DNA of 60,179 nucleotides, the filler included, from Sluysia triapertura (lineage: Eukaryota), in the NCBI GenBank assembly GCA_046118255.1. It is 3 parts of 3 records of this genome, joined end to end, with 100 filler letters (N's around TTAATTAATTAA, not from the genome) between each part and the next. Parts side by side here need not be neighbours in the genome. Positions count along the whole stretch, not along the records: positions 43,809 to 60,179 come from JBJNIA010205704.1; 2 more parts are not named here. One strand, given 5' to 3'. The notes under the pieces are model-generated. The model was not told the DNA's origin. It saw nothing but the letters and a program-made list of their open reading frames with translations, and made no database searches. Every line of letters begins with the position of its first letter. Position 1 is the stretch's first letter. The position numbers and the translations under genes are program-made. Below, piece by piece: positions 54,307-60,179 of the stretch.

Positions 54307-54904
54307 ATGAAAAAAGCAGGAGTTAATAATAAAAGTAGACGTGAAATCTGTCGAATGTTTGAAAACGGAAAAACAATAAAAGAAGTATCTTTAGATTTTA
54401 ATATAAATTCTAAAACAGTATCTTCTATAATTAAAAAGGATGGAAGAACTGACAAATCGGAGAGAATGAAAAAAATTATATAAAAAGTATGATTGAAGAT
54501 AATGTTTCAATATTATTGGAAAGAATAAAAGAAAAACCATCTTCGAACTTGAACATAAATTGTTCTATTTCAACTATTAAAAGAGCGATTGATAGTTTTA
54601 ATTATAGTTTTAAGATTATTTCTTTGGTTCCGCAAGGTCGAAACACAAAAGCTAATACTGAAAAAGAAATTTTGCACATGTAAATTTTTTCAGATTGTTT
54701 TTTACCTCATTACAAGCCTCAGTTAAACCCAACTGAAGAGGTTTTTTCAAAATGGAATATTTTGAATAAATCTAGAAATTGCAGAACAGAGGAAGAACTA
54801 AAAAACATAGCATTTTTTCTTCTTCTTTTGATATATCAACTGAAAATTGTACCGCATATTTTGCACATATGAAGAAATTTTTGATCAAAGTTCCTTTCAA
54901 TTAA
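54307..54904 (+). mobile_element. Internally deleted IS630/Tc1-like transposase
   Basis: HTH MKKAGVNNKSRREICRMFENGKTIKEVSLDFNINSKTVSSII; CSISTIKRAIDSFNYSFKIISLVPQGRN; FLPHYKPQLNPTEEVFSKW; central DD region absent. Confidence 0.78.
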
Positions 54905-55874
54905 TGAAATTTTTATTTTAATGGAATGAATATTTTTATAATTATTGAAGTATAATTTTTATATTTATTTTTTTCCAAACAATTTTTATGTTAGTTACTA
55001 AAGGATTAAAATAAATGTTAAGGCTTAAATTAAGTGAAAAATTGCCCAAATTTCTATACAGTTCTAATTAATATTAGAACATTTTTTGTATATTTAATAT
55101 ATATTTTGTATATAAGGCGCATTCTAAAAAATGAACTTTGGGTAAAATATTTTTATAAATAAAGCGCACCCTAACAATATATTAAATTAAATCAAAATTC
55201 TAAATTCTACAATTTATAAGTTTGTGGAAAATTCATTGATATTATAAATTCTTCAATTCCATTTAAGAATTTCTTTCTATAGTTAAATTATATTGTATGA
55301 CCAATTTTTTTCTATATTTGAAATTATGTAAATGTTTTTAATACGTATACAATGCTGATGCCATACAATTTATTAGTAAAATTACTAGTAAATTGCATGT
55401 TATCTTGCTATTTCTTTCTTACATGTAGAACAAATACACTAAATTAAATTAAGAAATACAATAATACAATATTAACATTTTATTTTCTTGATTGATATTA
55501 ATAATTTTTAAATACAAATGTCTAATTTATCTATAAATATTACTAAAGTGGTTTTAAATGAGAACAGATAATATAATAATATTATTTTTTAATAATAAAA
55601 CAACTATTGTAATTATCAAATCTGAAAAAATAATTGTTTATTTTATTTATGTGCTTAAATATATAAAATTGTTGGGTATTTTCTTGAAAATAGAATTTTA
55701 AATGAGTCAGACTACGATAAGCGTCTTAGGATTTGTTTCTTAAAAATTAATAAAAAATTATTTACGTTAACTAATATAAATAATTTATGATCATAATGTC
55801 TGGTTTTTACTATGCAGTTTTAAGTGAGAGGACATATTATAGCAGCAGTAGCAGCAACAACGACAACAACAATA

Positions 55875-55909
<35 letters not shown>

Positions 55910-56257
55910 AAAAATAAAATCTGAAGAAATGATAATTTTTTATAATATGATGAATGAAATTTATGGATGCTTTCTTGGAAACCTATCTAGTAAAATAGAA
56001 TTATCTAATAAATAGCTTATGGTGGCATCTTCCTCAACTTTAATCACAAATTAAGAAATATTACTTAAATTTTAACTTTAAATTTTAAATTCCTCGATGA
56101 GTTACTAATTAATAGTACTTAAATTATTTAAAATATTACCAAAAATCTAAATTATTGAATCAAATTACGATTTGGAATAGCAATTTATATTATACATTTA
56201 TGTTGTATGCGGTTTTTTAATTGGAACTGAATATTATTTTAAATTTATATAAATTTA

Positions 56258-56417
56258 TGTTAGACTTCATAATATGGACTGACCGGGATCGAACCCGGGA
56301 CCTCTCGCTGTGCAGTTCGATGCTTTACGACTGAACTATCAGCCCCGTCTAGCAATTTCATTTTTTATTATATTCAGTTATATTACATGGTCTATACTTT
56401 AGGCCTATATCCCAACA
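56258..56417 (-). mobile_element. tRNA-containing short dispersed element, copy 3 (most complete, 160 bp)
   Basis: TGTTGGG..GGCCTAA..CATG..AAATTGCTAGAC-[tRNA-like]-TATTATGAAGTCTAACA; terminal TGTTGG / CTAACA. Confidence 0.78.
56275..56345 (-). pseudogene. tRNA-derived sequence (Cys-GCA-like loop), not an intact tRNA
   Basis: GGGCTGA/TCAGTCC 7-bp acceptor stem, A-box-like TAGTTCAGTCGTA, loop CTGCACA, B-box GGTTCGATCCC; D stem and anticodon stem are mispaired. Confidence 0.7.
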
Positions 56418-57616
56418 CACTCACACACACAAACCACATACAACACAAATATACAATATAAATTACTTTTCCAAATTGTAATCTGATTCAATAAATTAGA
56501 TTTTTGAAAATATTTTAAATGACTTTAATAGTCATAAGAATATAGAATATAGTAAATTGAATTCAAATTTTAATTAAAACATTCTTAATTTAGGCCAAAT
56601 TAATTGTAATATTCTCTGAATGAATTTATTAATATTAATACCTTAATACACAAATTAAAATATAGGAATAAAATTAAATTTTGATATTATGGAATATTTA
56701 ATATCTGAGTATAGATGAATTTCGTATTTTAAATTATTTCTATTATAATACCATCAGAAACAAGTTGAGTTACTCTTTTTAATGTATAAGAGATTATTCA
56801 AAAGTAGGATTACTAGCAATATTATTTTTCAATATATTTTTCAATCTCCAGAAAAAATATTTGTGAAAAACACTTTAATACATTTTGATTTTTGATTGAA
56901 TATTTCGCTTAATTGATGTTCATTTATAAAATTAAATGAATAAAGGGCTGGTACATAGGATTTAAATATTTTAACTATTTTAATTATTTTACTGTCATTG
57001 TGTGCCAGTTTATAACATTGCATGTATGCTGACTGTTTGACGGTGTGAATTATTTGTTTTCAAGCACATCTTGTTGTCTTAATCAACATAAGTTATTTAC
57101 TGTCATTACTGACAATCATCCAATCATCGTTGCTCTTGGTCTTTGGTGTTAGATTTGGCAGTAAATACATCAATTTTATTGGACAATAATAAATATATTG
57201 TAACAAATTGAAAAGTACACAGTGATAACAAAACATTATTTTTCAGTAGTTAAATCAGTTGTATTAGCAGTTCACGAAAAAGTTTAAGAGATTATTAAAA
57301 ATGAGTTTAAAAGATACAAAGTCAATGCTTTATAATTTTAAAAGATCGGTATTTTATTTAAAATTAAATCCATCACTAAAGTCATCCGAAATTAAGCAAC
57401 CAATAAGAGACATAACAAAATAGTATAACGATGATCTTTTTGAAATATTTGCCTTATATCTGAGTCGACATAAAACCAAATAATAGATTTGGATCATTAT
57501 TTTTGATAAAAAATAAATTTAGTTCTAATTATCTAATTAAATTGTTGTCTAAAAGCAATTATAACAATGACAAATGTTTGAAGCAAGCTCAAAATATCAG
57601 TAATGTACATGCTTTA

Positions 57617-57724
57617 GTAGATTTAAATACTGATGATAATGTTACGAAAGTATATTTTTTAATCGATGCAGTAGATTTAAATACTGATGATAATGTTACG
57701 AAAGTATATTTTTTAATCGATGCA
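57617..57724 (+). repeat. Perfect 54-bp tandem duplication
   Basis: GTAGATTTAAATACTGATGATAATGTTACGAAAGTATATTTTTTAATCGATGCA x2 (VDLNTDDNVTKVYFLIDA x2). Confidence 0.95.
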
Positions 57725-57878
57725 TCTACATAATCGATAATAACTACTGTCGCTACTAATTCTAGATTTCAGTATTTTAATTTGCATAATTCAACGATGT
57801 TTCCACCAATTCGTATACACCAACTTTCTACACAGATGCAAAATAATTCAAAATGTAATATCAAGTAATTCATCAAAT

Positions 57879-58410
57879 TTGAATCAATACGTATCAGTAC
57901 TTAATTTAGATCCTTCCAATTTATATTTAATGTTAAATAATATCCCTTTAATGTACTTTAAAGCGACAGACATAACAACATCCGATTTAGTAACGGATTC
58001 AATGAACCACCAAGAATCTCTATTTCCTTCACAAAAGGTATACCAATCTTATAACCCAGTTAGAATAACATTACGTGAAAAGTACATCCCAAGTGAGTAT
58101 TACAAGCGTGGCATCTGCCTTTATACTATGTTATCTGATAGAAAAGGTTCTAAGTTCGGTGAAAACTGCAAACACGCACATGACATCTTTGAATCGCAGC
58201 AAGATTCAAACCACAGCAGATTTTCTCCGATAATCTTGACCATGTTGTGAATCTAATTTATAGTTTGAGAATGAAACCAGTTATTTCAAATCCTTACATT
58301 AATCATCTATCAAAAAAGGTTGTCTGCAAATACAATTTTAGTTTTAAAGTAATTATTTGTTTTGTAAAGTGCTTTATAAAAGTTTCGAATTTATTTCTGT
58401 CTTTTTAGAA
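57879..58410 (+). pseudogene. Decayed CCCH (TIS11/ZFP36-like) zinc-finger sequence
   Basis: YYKRGIC-x10-S-KFGEN-C-KHA-H resembles YKTELC-x8-C-xYGxx-C-xFA-H with the second Cys replaced by Ser (TCT); a possible second finger lead-in NHLSKKVVCKY lies in a shifted frame. Confidence 0.55.
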
Positions 58411-59744
58411 CTGTATTTCAAAAGGAGCAAATGGACATTACGTTTCCAAATTTAATCGATCATAATGGTAATATGAAGTTTACAATAAAGTTCTTATTAA
58501 ATAGTTCAATCAACTTAGTATTAAATAAATGTATTAATCTTTATTTCTACTTTATAGTTTATAGTATTTTCAATAGAAGAATTTTAATAATGTTTTTTCT
58601 TAATGTAAAAATTTTTGTTAAAGATAATTTTTTTTAATTTTATTAGTAATTTTTGCAATTCTGAATTCATTGTTAATAAGAAAATTCAATCGAATATAAA
58701 TTTTAAATTTAAATCCAAATCAGTATTATTTCACTTCAGTCACATGTGGCGAAATCAGAAAAAATGATTCATGACCTAATCATTTACAATATTATGTAAT
58801 TTCAGAAGATGATGCAAGACATTTTGTGTTTCTGAGTTATCGCTGCTCATCGTTTGAAGCAATACCTTTTAACTATATAGTATCTCCTATCTCTAATGAT
58901 CATATATTTGTAGAATTCTTCACCCAATGTTATAACAATTTTAATACATATGATGTTGAATTTTATTTTCATGCTTTTAAATTGATTGTGTTCCTCAAGA
59001 TATATAAAATAATTGTTTATTTCATAATTTATTTCAAATATGAATTTTCAAATAAAAAGTATTTAAATATTTCTCCTCTAGAAACGGTAATATTAAGGCT
59101 TAATCTTTAGCAATTGATTAAAATAAATATTTATAGATATGGGAACAAGGGTTATTGATATGCTTTATATTGATTATATTTTGATTAATACGAGCATCAA
59201 CCTTAATCTTTAATAAGTTGTGTGTTTCTGGTAGTGATTTGTTAATATTAAAAGATTTATAATTTTGAAATTTATAATCAAAGAATAATCTGTTTTATGT
59301 GTACAATAAAGGTATTATAAAAGAATTTTCATTGCACAATTGCGATATTTTTTGAAGAATATATCGAGATTCTGGATTTATTTAGTTATTGAGTTATTAG
59401 TTTAGTTACTCTTACTAGAATAGAAAAGTCAGCATTTATACTTAAAATCATTTGGAGATACGATAGACCTTAACAGGGCTAGTTCAATTTAAAATTAAAA
59501 TAATTAAATTTAATTAATTAAAATAATTATAATAGATTCTCTGAATATTAAGATTAAAATTGTAATGTTATTATAAGTTCTTACTCATGTTATATGTTAT
59601 AATTTTTTGTCTATAATTTATTGTTAATAAAAGTTAACATAGTTACATCACTTCTATTTGTAAATTATTGAATTATGTTGATTAGACCTTAAAAGGGCTA
59701 ATTTAAAGTTTAAAATCCTAAAATATACTTTTGATTTACATACT

Positions 59745-59860
59745 GACCATAACCGGCTAGCTCAATTTACTTCAAAAATTAGACCATAACCGGCTAGCTC
59801 AATTTACTTCAAAAATTAGACCATAATTCGGCTAGTTTAATTTAAAGTTTTAATATTAGA
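59745..59860 (+). repeat. 37-bp tandem repeat (2 perfect units + 1 degenerate), with related motifs at about 59465 and 59684
   Basis: GACCATAACCGGCTAGCTCAATTTACTTCAAAAATTA at 59745, 59782 and 59819. Confidence 0.9.
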
Positions 59861-60179
59861 TAAAATTTCAGACACATTATTTCACGATATTTATCTTAGA
59901 CATAAAGACAATTTAAAATACATTTTTATGGGACATTCTGTGACAAAAATCCGAATAGACCGCCTTCGATCACATTGTTGCGCCTTTGTACTTAATAGTA
60001 ATAATAGCCACAATTAATATAGATTAATCTAATTTAAAAAACCTCATAATTAATCACTAAATTCAATATAAAATTATCACAAATTTCCATATTTATTCAA
60101 CCTGTAAGATTGTATAAATTTTTATGTAAATTTTTAAAATTTTTTAAAATTTTTTAATTGTTAAAAATTTATAATAATA

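Noticed and set aside
56275-56345. Functional tRNA-Cys gene
   Set aside because: The anticodon and D stems do not pair, the T arm is one base short, and it sits in a dispersed repeat with deleted sister copies.
59745-59860. 37-bp repeats as a CRISPR array
   Set aside because: The units are contiguous with no spacers.

Overview
Very AT-rich, intron-rich eukaryotic DNA with many (AAT)n tracts. The composition suggests an invertebrate such as a planarian flatworm (inference only). No prokaryotic features are present. Two minus-strand spliced genes can be read by hand. (1) Three phase-consistent internal exons of a CAND1 (cullin-associated NEDD8-dissociated) homologue at 351-2861; its expected upstream exons are not visible. 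(2) An unrecognised multi-exon gene (about 48.3 kb down to 26.7 kb, possibly 18.3 kb) encoding a Ser/Thr-rich protein with a C-terminal coiled coil. The rest is intronic or intergenic DNA full of decayed mobile elements (Tc1, mariner, IS630/Tc1-like, hAT, piggyBac-type, CR1/L2 LINE, probable solo LTRs), plus a decayed cadherin-like ORF and a decayed TIS11-type CCCH zinc-finger ORF. The most unusual item is a 120-160 bp dispersed element (3 copies) with TGTT..AACA LTR-like ends that carries a tRNA-derived sequence internally. Two 100-bp artificial linkers (44N-TTAATTAATTAA-44N) and one 142-N gap limit confidence in long-range gene models.
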